In this document: piece after piece, positions 11,505 to 22,006 of the stretch | Numbering within the stretch: the first letter of the stretch is position 1 | How the letters are laid out: each line of letters opens with the position of its first letter | Assembly (NCBI GenBank): GCA_002633005.1 | Contig: NMRA01000522.1 | Span: 74,270-138,269 of the forward strand | Length of the DNA: 64,000 nt | Reading direction: 5' to 3' | Source: Phoronis australis | Taxonomy: Eukaryota; Animalia; Phoronida | Made by a program: the position numbers and the translations under genes | The notes under the pieces: generated by a model | What the model was told of the DNA's origin: nothing | What the model saw: the letters and a program-made list of their open reading frames with translations, nothing else | Databases searched by the model: none

Positions 11505-12447
11505 CTTTGTTGAGGTTCATAAAACTTCTCACCACATCTGCAGCTGGAATGGCAAAACCCTTTTTTGAGAATTTGTTGTATAAATCCAGCATAAATTTAG
11601 GAGGTTGTCGAAACGCTTTCTTAGGCTTTGTCTCATCCTGTTTTGAGGATGAAGGCAACACTTCGTTTCTTAAACTGTCGTCTGATTCCTGTATATCGTC
11701 GTCTGAAACTACTGGACTGCTTTCCGTGGTTTTGCTAGTCTTGGTCCGTTGAAGTTTGTCCACGGTCGCTGCTGCGACACTGTCATTGACGCTCGCAGAA
11801 ACCTCACTTCGACTTGCACTGGAATTCTTTCTGTCTACTCTGTCTTGAGTAGAATGAGGTAGTTTACGGGAATTAAAATTTTCACCCACTTCTTTCGTTT
11901 CGTAGCTAGCAAAGGATGCTGAACCATGATTCTGGTAATCACGGTATGTGTAATCTTGATCGTCATAGTATTCATACGAGTAATCATAGTCTGGTGGAAT
12001 ATTCGTCTGGTCCATTGGCGTTTTAAAAATTGGCGGGAAATTGCGCCTTGGCATCGCAGTGGGTACCGCACTGTTGTGTTTACTATTGACTTCAGTGGAT
12101 GACGATGATCTCCTAGAATTTGAATCTTCTATATTATCGAAACTTTTCGATCTGATTCGCTTTAAAAGTTCCCTCAACTTTGATCCATGGGTTTGACTAA
12201 AACGGTGATATCTGTGTTCATCGCTCTCCACCTTATTGCTGGCTTCTTCAATGTTGTCCAACGTTAAGGGTTGCACGTTCAGTTTATGAGGCACAAGATC
12301 GCTCCTCATGGCAAGAGAATGGTCAAAATACTTCTCTTCTGTTCTGGCTTTGGCGCTGGCTCCACATGACAGTTTCGCCAATGCACATATAATAAATAGT
12401 CTTATTATCCATTTGCGCGTTTTTTCAGAAGATGAATTAAAAGACAT
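11505..12447 (-). CDS. BMP10: BMP9/10-type ligand, exon 1 (signal peptide, long N-terminal extension, latency helix)
   Basis: Hydrophobic signal WIIRLFIICALAKLSCGASA; ends PPKFMLDLYNKFSKKGFAIPAADVVRSFMNLNK G|gtaaat, matching the BMP10 prodomain motif PPEYMLELYNKF...PSANIIRSFKN. 943+836+234 = 2013 nt = 670 aa plus stop. Confidence 0.88.
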
Positions 12448-12589
12448 TTCTGAGCGCCCGTCGCATTCGTCGATTCTCTATCTTTGCTGTCAGAAAGCGC
12501 GAACCAATTTCAAGTGTTTACCGGTTGGTACATTTCTCTATCCTGCTGATTCTGTGAAAGAACTAAGAACTAGGCTTGTTGGCCCTGCG

Positions 12590-12680
12590 TCACTACTTAT
12601 ACACTGGTCTCTTAGCTCGTAACTGCCACCGATGCAAGCTCTTATTATCAAAATTCCGAAGTATTTGTTATCTTAATGAG
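12590..12680 (-). promoter_or_regulatory. Candidate core promoter of the BMP9/10 gene
   Basis: TATAAG on - at 12601-12596, about 150 bp upstream of the ATG, next to a TGACG half-site and two GATAA motifs (about 12645 and 12670). Positional plausibility only. Confidence 0.25.
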
Positions 12681-15231
12681 TTAGAATAATGCGTACAATA
12701 CAATTCAGCGGTTCAAAAATGTCAGCTCATCAGCAAACGGTTTGTCCGAGTGAGTAAACGATTACAACATAACGTAAAAATTCGAGCTGTCAGTCACTAC
12801 GCAGAGGGATGGAACAAAGTTACGAAAATGTAACAAAAACAACAAGTAAAATGGCTATGGCACGAATAGGATGATATTGAGAATTTAATAAAAATTATGC
12901 CATTAACTTCTGATTTGTTTTTTGTGGATGACAGAGCGTAGCATCTAGTGGATTAAGACTGTACAATACCTGTAATTATACTCATCCAAATAGTCAGACA
13001 TCAGATGCTCTGACAAAAAGAACAAGATCAGAATCTAAGCTATCCTGCGGAGACGTTAGGTAGGCATGGAAACAGCAGGTTGTGGTCTCTTTGACCATGC
13101 TGTGGGCCAACTGCTCGTCCACATTGTTAGTACTGCACAATACACGATTAACTTGGTCATATTTTACATGCGACTTTGTCTTTCCCGAACACAAAGTGCC
13201 GAAAAATCATAACAAATTACTAATGTTTGTTTTGACAACAATTTTTGAAATGTAACAATGTAGCATTCAGTGTTTCATTACTTGTCAAATCTTAACTATT
13301 GCTTACTGGTTTGTCGTTTTATCGAGCTGGCCTCTCACTGAAAGAGTGGAAAGGCTCAGTTACAGAACTCTAATAACTTACAAGAATTAGTCATTTCTTG
13401 TATTCTGACCTGATGAGTAGAGAAAATCACTCAACACTAGGAGTTGAGTGGCTTCACTTCGTTTGAAAACTCCGTGGTGTATGAGGCGTATACGGAGTGT
13501 CGTCTTGACTTTAATCATAGGCTGTAACTTACTCAATACACTTCTACCTACCTGTCTGTCTGTCTGCCGGTCTGTCTGTCTGCCGGTCTGTCTGTCTATG
13601 TGCATAGCTATCTACATACATACCTATTTTACGTGCCAAACACGTCTTCAGTGTGCCCTAGGTCAAGATTTTTTCTGTGAATCCAGTCACTTCAGTAGCA
13701 GGGCTATGTCGTGTGGAATATTCTACAAGCGCACATAGGAATACGCATCATCACTTATGTTTTCAAGTTGATACTAAGGGATTGCACTATACGTCCATTG
13801 GTTTCAAGTGTAGCATGTTTGTAGTCATTTATTTATTTTGATCATTTTATTTTGTAGGGGATGAAATGAGCACGTGGTCATACCTATTGTTTTTTTTTTT
13901 AAATTAAATGTTAATAAAATTAACTAATTTGAGAGCCACTCTACACTGCGTTGGTAATAGTTCATCAAAATTAGTAAGAATAACCGCCGTTCAAACATCG
14001 TTCTTGTCTTTTTATGTGTAGTGTTAATGATTATATGAGCCCACAACCATTAGTGCCCAGTAATGAACTGTACGCCTGCATTCCATCAGACAATTTACAT
14101 TTGTTTAGTGGAACGGTCAGTCGTTACCCTCATGATATCAGTATTCTGGGTCATAAGAACTGACCGGACTAACAGATGACTAGATTGTTGTTCAAAGTGC
14201 CTGCATTAGCGTATAACACATATTACCGTCACTGTAGCTATCATCATCATCATCGTCGTCTTCCTCGTCGTCGTCATCATAATTATCAATACAGCCATTT
14301 TAAGTACCGAGTAGTTAACGACTGAAGGAGGTACATTGCTTGTTTTTCAATTTTCACTATGTAAGTAAACAACATAAAGTTCGACTCCTTTGGCCTCTAT
14401 GCAGATAATCACTTTATGCGCTGGAAAATTATTTTAACTCAAATGTCCCTACGGGACTCCCCAACGAAGGCAACACAAATCGTTTTTAACATTTGTACAC
14501 TAGGCAACATTTTAAATATCAAATTTATTTAGATATATTTATATCCGAATGGTTGAATTGTTACAAGTAAAGTCCATAGGTAAATATTTTTACAATAGTA
14601 TTTCGAGAAGAATTGTCGCCAAAACATCCCATTGAGGCATTCCAACTCCAAAATAACATCTAGATGATTTTCAAATTAACTTGAGTGATTTAAAATCTCG
14701 ACTTCGTTATTCCACCCAGCCATTTTCGCGAAGCAGTCAACAATCGATCGACATTTCATAAAAATTGAAAAATAAAATATGACTTTTTGACTATAAATAA
14801 CGTCAGTGTGTATGAAAGGCGTGGAGAAAAGAATTATAATTTTCTGTTTTCATTGTGATTCTTCTTAGCTTTTATTTGTTTTTACTGTGGTTACTCATTT
14901 AAGTTGCTCTTCCTCAGTCGCCTTGGGCACGTGACTAATTAATGGGGGATTTGCGCCTTTCAGTAAATAGTGGCATAGTCTTGGCAGCATTTCCGCATTC
15001 CTTAAATACTCACGTAAGAAATGCCAAAAATGTATAGAACGTATTTTATTTCAAAACGCGTCGGTGAGTTGTTTATTATGGTGGAGTGTCGTGTATTCCC
15101 AAAATGAGACGGAAACCCTTAATTACAACACCCAACCTTCTGGGGGTTTTGAGTCATTGGGACTGAGTTATGTTGCTCGCAGTAACATAAACTTGCGTTG
15201 TCACTGTTTTTGTGCAGATGGGTAGGCTTAA

Positions 15232-15771
15232 GGGTAATGCTACCTTTGTCAAAGCATTTTTGATCAATTTGGCATATTTTTTACTGTTACAGGTTTGATG
15301 AAATTAATAAAAAAATAACAGTTCCGAAAACCACACCCGGCCCAAAAATTGTTGTTCCTAGCTTTTTATTTTTGCGAACAACCGCCGAGACGCCTAGAGG
15401 CTTTCAATCCAGCTCTGTTACATAGTAACTTGTCTTTGATTTGAGTAATGATGCCAGAAACAGGTAATAAAAAATACTACAATGATTCAGCCTGATAAAA
15501 CCTTCATAAAAATCGACCCAAACTTTCAGAGTCGACCACACGACTTCANAAAATTGTTGTTCCTAGCTTTTTATTTTTGCGAACAACCGCCGAGACGCTT
15601 AGAGGCTTTCAATCCAGCTCTGTTACATAGTAACTTGTCTTTGATTTGAGTAATGATGCCAGAAACAGGTAATAATAAATACTACAATGATTCAGCCTGA
15701 TAAAACCTTCATAAAAATCGACCCAAACTTTCAGAGTCGACCACACGACTTCAAAAAGGTAAGATTCGCCT
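15232..15771. mobile_element. Non-autonomous Kolobok-like element
   Basis: TTAA|GGGTAATGCTACCTTT ... AAAGGTAAGATTCGCCT|TTGA imperfect TIRs, similar to the terminus TTAA|AGGCGAAGGCAACCTTT at 60975. The internal ~205-bp duplication straddles a single N (15549). Confidence 0.5.
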
Positions 15772-15810
15772 TTGATTAGCGTACTTCTCGACTTCACGTT
15801 TCGCCATTAA

Positions 15811-16504
15811 GGAGGTGCGGATTTAAATTTTGTAGTTTGAATTAAAATTAGGTTCAGATTGAGTTTTACCAGTGAGTAAATTTGCAAACACTTTACTCTT
15901 GTCAACAAAACTCCAGAGTATTCAAGACCATGCAATTTTAAATTTCCAAATTTTAATCCAGTTTAAGGCTGCAAAAGTTGAACTTACGACATCAAGCTGC
16001 ACCAGTGGAGCACCCTGCCTTACTACCTAACGGTAATCGCGAATGTTCTCCCAAAATTCAACATTACAGCCTCGCCTAACGTACAATCACTTTAGTTGCG
16101 GCCATTTTGGTAGTCTACGCTAATAAGTTCTCGGATGTATTATTATACCACAATTTTAGCGTCGAATGGCAGATACAACCGTGTAATAACCCATTTTGGC
16201 GGGAAACCGAGGCCGGTTTCGAACCCGGGCCTTAAGAGTTTCGAGTCGCCGACTTTACCACTACAACACTCAGCGGCTGACGTCATCGAACGTGAAAATA
16301 GAATACTTTTAAGTAAAAATGAGCACGCGCATCAATCGCATGTTCAACAAAGGGCATTGTACCGACATCTATACGCTATGAAAACTAAGACGCATAATTT
16401 CCATAAAAACGATACCTTAATTCAGTGAATTTTTTCTCTCGTGTTCTCGCACTAGCAAATCACCGATTTCCAATTTGAATGCGGGTATCGTGTCGTCGAG
16501 ATCC
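15811..16504. mobile_element. TTAA-flanked non-autonomous DNA element with an internal tRNA-like sequence
   Basis: TTAA|GGA...TCC|TTAA ends (very short TIR); tRNA-like A/B boxes on - at 16274-16206. Confidence 0.35.
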
Positions 16505-16508
16505 TTAA

Positions 16509-18860
16509 ACGCCCTACTTTCGTCTCAAAATATTCTTACACACCGCAAACAAAAACTCACTTTCTCAATAGCTTACGCAACTGCAATATCATGGAAAAGC
16601 TAGACCGCAGCTTAGATTGTGACCCCAATCACAACTACGCAATACTCAGTGATACTTTGACATATCTCACGAAAAAACACTTTGGTCCAAAAAATGTTAG
16701 ATATAATAAACACAAACACGCGCTTAACTCGTGGATTACACCTGGTATTTTAATTTCCATTCGTTACCGAGATAAACTGTACAAACAAACCAAGACAACC
16801 CCTCATAACACACAATCCTACGCTACATGCCACAACAATCTTAAAGTATACAACAAGATTCTCAAAAAAACTATTGATTCCGCCAAGCAATCTTACTATT
16901 ATGACACATTCGAAAAAGGGAAGTCTGACATAAATAAAACATGGGATACAACGGCGTTCGAACAAAAATGATACCCCAGAATGTCTCTTACGTTCAGATA
17001 ACACTAAAACCAGTGACCTACCCGAAATGGCAAGTTTATTCAACACCTACTTTTACCAAATCGGCCCATCCCTTTCCCAATCAATAACTATGATAAAAAA
17101 CAAGAATTTCAAAGACTATCTTCCCACGCCAAACAAATTTAAGTTCTCTTTCAAACTAATTAATAATAAACATGTACTAGATATTATAAGAGAAATGGAC
17201 GCAAAGAATAGTACTGGTCATGACAATTTATCATCTAAAATTCTCAAGATAAGCAGTCCTTTTATAATTGAACCTTTCACGACCATCATCAACCTGTGCT
17301 TGCTCACTGGTATATTTCCAGATGCTCTAAAGATTGCTAAGGTAATCCCAGTTTTTAAACAACATGGTTTGGACCCAGAGCACCCGGGCAATTATAGACC
17401 CATTTCTATTCTTCCAACAATCTCAAAAATTATAGAAAAAATCCATACTCAAATTTCAACTTTCCTAGATGAAAATGATATTCTTAATAAACATCAATAT
17501 GGTTTCAGGAAATGTCACTCTACAGAACTTGCTTCGCTTGAACTTTTAGACCGCATTTGTTCCCATCTTGATAATGACATGAATCCCCTGGTCATCTTTC
17601 TAGATCTCTCTAAAGCTTTCGACACAATAGACCACCAAATACTCTTGCAAAAGATAAATCACTATGGTATTACTGGACTTGAATTTCCACTGTTTAAAAG
17701 TTATCTCTCAAACCGCACCCAATATGTTTCACTAAGTGATACAACTTCCAGTTGGTTACCAATATCTACTGGAGTTCCCCAAGGCTCTTATCTTGGCCCA
17801 CTTCTCTTCCTAGTTTACATAAATGATCTTCCGATTTCTTCTCCCATGGACACACTTCTTTATGCTGACGACACTTGCCTCGTCACACCTTACAAACTGA
17901 CTGAATCTTCCCAACACACTTTACAGCAATCAACCACCATCAACAACAACCTTAAATCTATTTCAGACTGGTTTTCCGTGAACAAACTTTCAATTAACAC
18001 ATCAAAAAGTAAATTAATGATCTTTCACTACCCCCAAAAGAAAATTGAAAAATGTATTATTCCCACCATTTATATAAATAGCAAAACAATATGTCATGTG
18101 AACAGTTTTCCTTTCCTTGGTATTACTGTTGACAAAAACCTCTCATGGTCCCCCCATATTAACCTCATCTCAAACAAACTTAAAAATCTCGATGGACTCT
18201 TATACAAATTGAAATCTTATCTTCCTCTTCCAGCTCTCAAGTTGATATATAATTCACTTGTCCTTCCACATTTAAATTATGGCATTGCAACTTGGGGTTT
18301 TGGCAACACTAAGAAACTTCAGACAGCCCAGAAAAGAATCCTTAGGAATATATCAAATTCCAGTTATAATGCTCACTCTCTGCCCATATGTAAGGAACTT
18401 CGCCTCCCTCTAGTTCAAGACATCTTTAAAATCTCAACTGCAAAATTTTACTACAAATTCCTCAATAATCAGCTTCCTAAGTATTTTTACACTAACAACT
18501 TCTTTAGTAAACCCATCCAATATAAACCAACCAGACACATTAAAACTCCTACATACCTGAATCAATACTCAGCTGCTATACCGACAATACAACCCAAAAT
18601 TTTAATTCCTCCGTCCAACAAATTGTCATCAAGAGCCTGTATTAGATTTCAGATTCCTCGACTTATAAACAACAACGAAATACCAGTCTCTGCTCTAAAT
18701 ATAATAAAAACGCATTCTTTGCAAGCATTCTCCAGGTTCTTAACCAATTTTATTATTAGCAACTACGATCCAGTTTGTCATATTTCCAATTGCTTCATAT
18801 GTAACAGTATCTAATTGTATTCTCAAAATCTCCTGAGCTGTGCCAGTTTACTTCTTGGTT
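16509..18860 (+). mobile_element. 5'-truncated LINE of the CR1/L2 group (RT domain and C-terminus nearly intact)
   Basis: ORFs 16591-16971 and 17027-18814 joined by one frameshift: SWITPGI, KIAKVIPVFK, NYRPISILP, QYGFRK..ST, FLDLSKAFDTIDH, GVPQGSYLGPLLFLVYINDL, LYADDT, FLG; C-terminal CHISNCFIC. The endonuclease domain and ORF1 are absent. Confidence 0.93.
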
Positions 18861-19108
18861 CCTNTTGATAAAATGTGTAGTAAGCTATAATAGTTGCTAA
18901 ACCTTAATTTATTTCTATTTTCTTTACATTTTCAATTGGTTTTGAGTAAAAGCATTATTTGACAAAAATAGCTCGGCTTTTCTTAAAAGGTCACGACCTC
19001 CGACCCCGGGCCTGTGACATAGAAAGTAGTTACCGGGTACAAAGCCGAGGCGAGTCGAGAAAGGTAGATCGATTCATTGCAATGTTTCTCGTTCAGTATG
19101 TGGTATAA

Positions 19109-19256
19109 ATAGATTATTACATGTTCTCAGTCGTTATCCCCCTTATCTAGAGCCCTCGTGGATTTTGTAGAATCATCACCCTCGGGCAATAATTCTCCAA
19201 AATCCACTCGGGCTCTAGATAACGGGGGATAACGACTTCGTCATGTAATAATCTAT
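19109..19256. mobile_element. ~150-bp fold-back (palindromic) element
   Basis: Arms atagattattacatg..agtcgttatccccc.ttatctagagccc..gtggattttg.agaat and attct.caaaatccac..gggctctagataa.gggggataacgact..catgtaataatctat. Confidence 0.75.
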
Positions 19257-19299
19257 ATTTATTGCATGATTCGTGCGTATAATGCTTCGGTTCGTACAC

Positions 19300-21850
19300 A
19301 TTAACCAATTGTTGGAACGTCGATGACATCGTGGTTTGGGGAATGAATTTGAATTTCGTGCGCAAGATTCACTGAAACCTTGTCGGTACATGCATTCTTC
19401 ACACCACCTAGTGTGTTCAAGAGGCGACATCTTGAGGCGACGGATGAACAGGGGGAGCAATATCTTTGGTGACAATAACACATGTCCCCACTTATGATGT
19501 GTAAATACGCAACTGTCAAAACAAATCTAGAGTTGATCCGTGGAAGATAATATGTTCTCTTAGTACACAAGCAACAAATAAATTTGTGATTCAAAATTTC
19601 CACAAGCGTAAAAACTCGTAAATTATCTAGTTCAGTAATAACTTCAATAACTCCTTGTTATTTCTATAAATGTTAACATTTTCTGTAGACTTAATGAATA
19701 ATCTATGCTGTAGTGCCCTCCATTCCATTTTTGGGGCTTCGATATGCTCAAATGATTTAGCATTGCGTCTCCTTGGAACATGTCATTGTGTGACAATAAT
19801 ATTGGTTATCAAAATTTTCCATGTCATTTCATCATAAACAAGTTTCGGTAATGCTGTAGATTGTTAATACAAAACAAAACTATACATGGCATTTCTGTGA
19901 TTTTTGCAGTGTGAATCTAAATGAGCGAAGCTCTCAGGAAAATATGGACGTGTTCTATTTGACAATGTGTATTTATTCTTCTTTTACTCACTTTATCTCA
20001 TATTGATTAGGTTATGCTGGCTTGTAAAAATGCTATTATTCGAGCTGGCTTGTAGTGTACCGATATATCCAGTCTTTCTCCCTTAGCAACGGCACTGGAG
20101 TTTTCACTAACCGCTTCGATATTTCTCTCGATTTGTCATTATCGCACTAACTTGTATTGCAACCCTTGCTCAACATACACGTCGTGACATCTTTTGAAAA
20201 GTTGGGAAACTAAAGTCTACAGCATGTCGCACACTGTAATACATGGCACAAATATTTCGTTTACAGACTCACATTCTTTGCGTTGTGAAACTGAGTTCAA
20301 GCGGTCCATCTTCCTTATCTATACTGACAGTAAAGCCACTTGCCAAAGGCATCGAAAATGTTTTCGCTTAATGAATGAAATTGGCTACGCGTCTATCCCT
20401 GCCATTTGTTAAACTTAACGAATAAAACTTGCCCGCCTGCAAACGATCCGATCCATGGGGTAAGACCGCAACGCCTTTTTGGTGCTGGACCTATGACGAA
20501 CGCATTAGCATGTACCCATACTTTATATCCGTTCACGTTTCCATGCCAAATGCATTTGACCCAAGTTGTGTGAGAGTCAATGAGTATCAACCATAGACAT
20601 TCATATCCCTTTTGCTGCCGGTTTGATAAGTCTTTTAAGAATACTTGTACGCGCGTTGTTACGATTCGAATACCATGTTTAAGATTCATTTTGAAAGTTG
20701 GTTCGTCCCCAATTATAGGATAGCGATCTCACTTCTTTCCATCCTCCAGCGAGCCCCCAGCTTCGTGCAAGCCGAAAATACAGCCCAAATTACTGACTGC
20801 AATGACCTCCTTATTTGGGAAGTAACGCAAGTTGATTATCCTGCTAGGTGTCGCTTCATTGCTGTGCAGATACTACCGGGGGTTTCCGTTGATAAGCTCA
20901 TCCGATGAAACGCCCATAGGCGTTTATTCGGAATATTTTGCATTATATACGCCAATGGGCGTTTATTTGGTGCTTCAAATTTTTGTGTCAAGTGTCCACA
21001 GAGTGGGGGTTTATTCGGAAAATTTCCTCTTAAGAACCCACTCCCAGTCAACGTTTTGCCAAAAATTCAGTTTTATGAAGCATTCATCATTTATTAAAAC
21101 AAGCAAGGTGTTGGCGAACTATTCATTTATTTACATAAAATTTAAAAATACAGTTTTAAGTAAAAAATGTCAAAATCAGCAAAAATATCGATGACTTTCC
21201 GTTTACACGCCCCCTTTTCCGAATAAACGACCGCACGTTTATTTGGTGTTACTAAAACCCCTCAAAATTTTCATTTTTGAATACACGCCCATGGGCTTTT
21301 CTACAGAAAATCGTGGTACGAGCACCAGTACAGTAGGCCATTTGCGGATACTACATGTGTTGCCTCTACCCACAGGACATCGACATGAAATTAAACTGAT
21401 CGAAGATATTGAGAGGAGGGAACCAATCCGTGCCCTTGTTGGAGAGAGCAATCCTTCGTTGCTATGTAACTCGACGTCATTTCTTTGACTTATCGTGAAT
21501 CTGGATCGGAGCCGTCTAGTCTCTGCTATGGTATTAACATTCTAAAATACGAGTACTCATCGTGGTATACATAGCTCTCAAGCTGATCGCGATTTTCCTT
21601 CTCTGTTGATCTTAGGTTTGGCCACAAGTTCCCTGTGGACGTTCACTCGATATATGTACAGTCCAAGGTCGCGAGTAATGCGATTAAAGAGCGACTTCGA
21701 CAAACGTAGCATTTTTTCGTGCTGATTGTGACGGTTTGCAGTGATTTGCTTCTTCAGTGCGTGGTGTCCTTTCCGTAGTATTGATCATCACTCGCAAAAA
21801 CTCAAGATCACGTAAATCTTCGCGAAATATCACAATGCATTACGAACAAA
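19300..21850 (-). pseudogene. Possible heavily decayed Tc1/mariner-type transposase in three pieces
   Basis: In the expected order on -: LRLSKSLFNRITRDLGLYIYRVNVHREL (about 21710-21625, HTH-like), HGNVN..KVW..PKRRCGLTPWIG (about 20545-20450) and MSPLEH../GGVKNA (about 19430-19390, cf. SPDLNPIEH-W--LK). Many stops and frameshifts. Confidence 0.3.
20876..21316. mobile_element. TA-flanked MITE (Tc1/mariner-pogo type)
   Basis: TA|CCGGGGGTTTCCGTTGATAAGCTCAT ... ATGGGCTTTTCTACAGAAAATCGTGG|TA; repeated subterminal cgcccatgggcg / gtttattcggaa motifs. Confidence 0.6.
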
Positions 21851-22006
21851 GCACCTGATCACACTAACTTTGCTCCCGAGATTCTGGCCTCAACGGAACT
21901 CAACCCTGATTTAGCCTCGTTGTTCACAGATTCGATTCAGTCGAATTTCCTAAGGTTAGGTTAAATATTAATTGTGCTTGGTGCTGCAATACTTGTTTCG
22001 ATATTG

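Noticed and set aside
16206-16274. Functional tRNA gene (also 54435-54500 and about 35510-35575)
   Set aside because: The anticodon arms do not pair and the sequences sit inside repeats.
20393-20689. Gypsy integrase call from WLILIDSHTTW
   Set aside because: A single short motif with no other LTR-element domains in order; the neighbouring residues fit a Tc1-like remnant equally well. Left unresolved.
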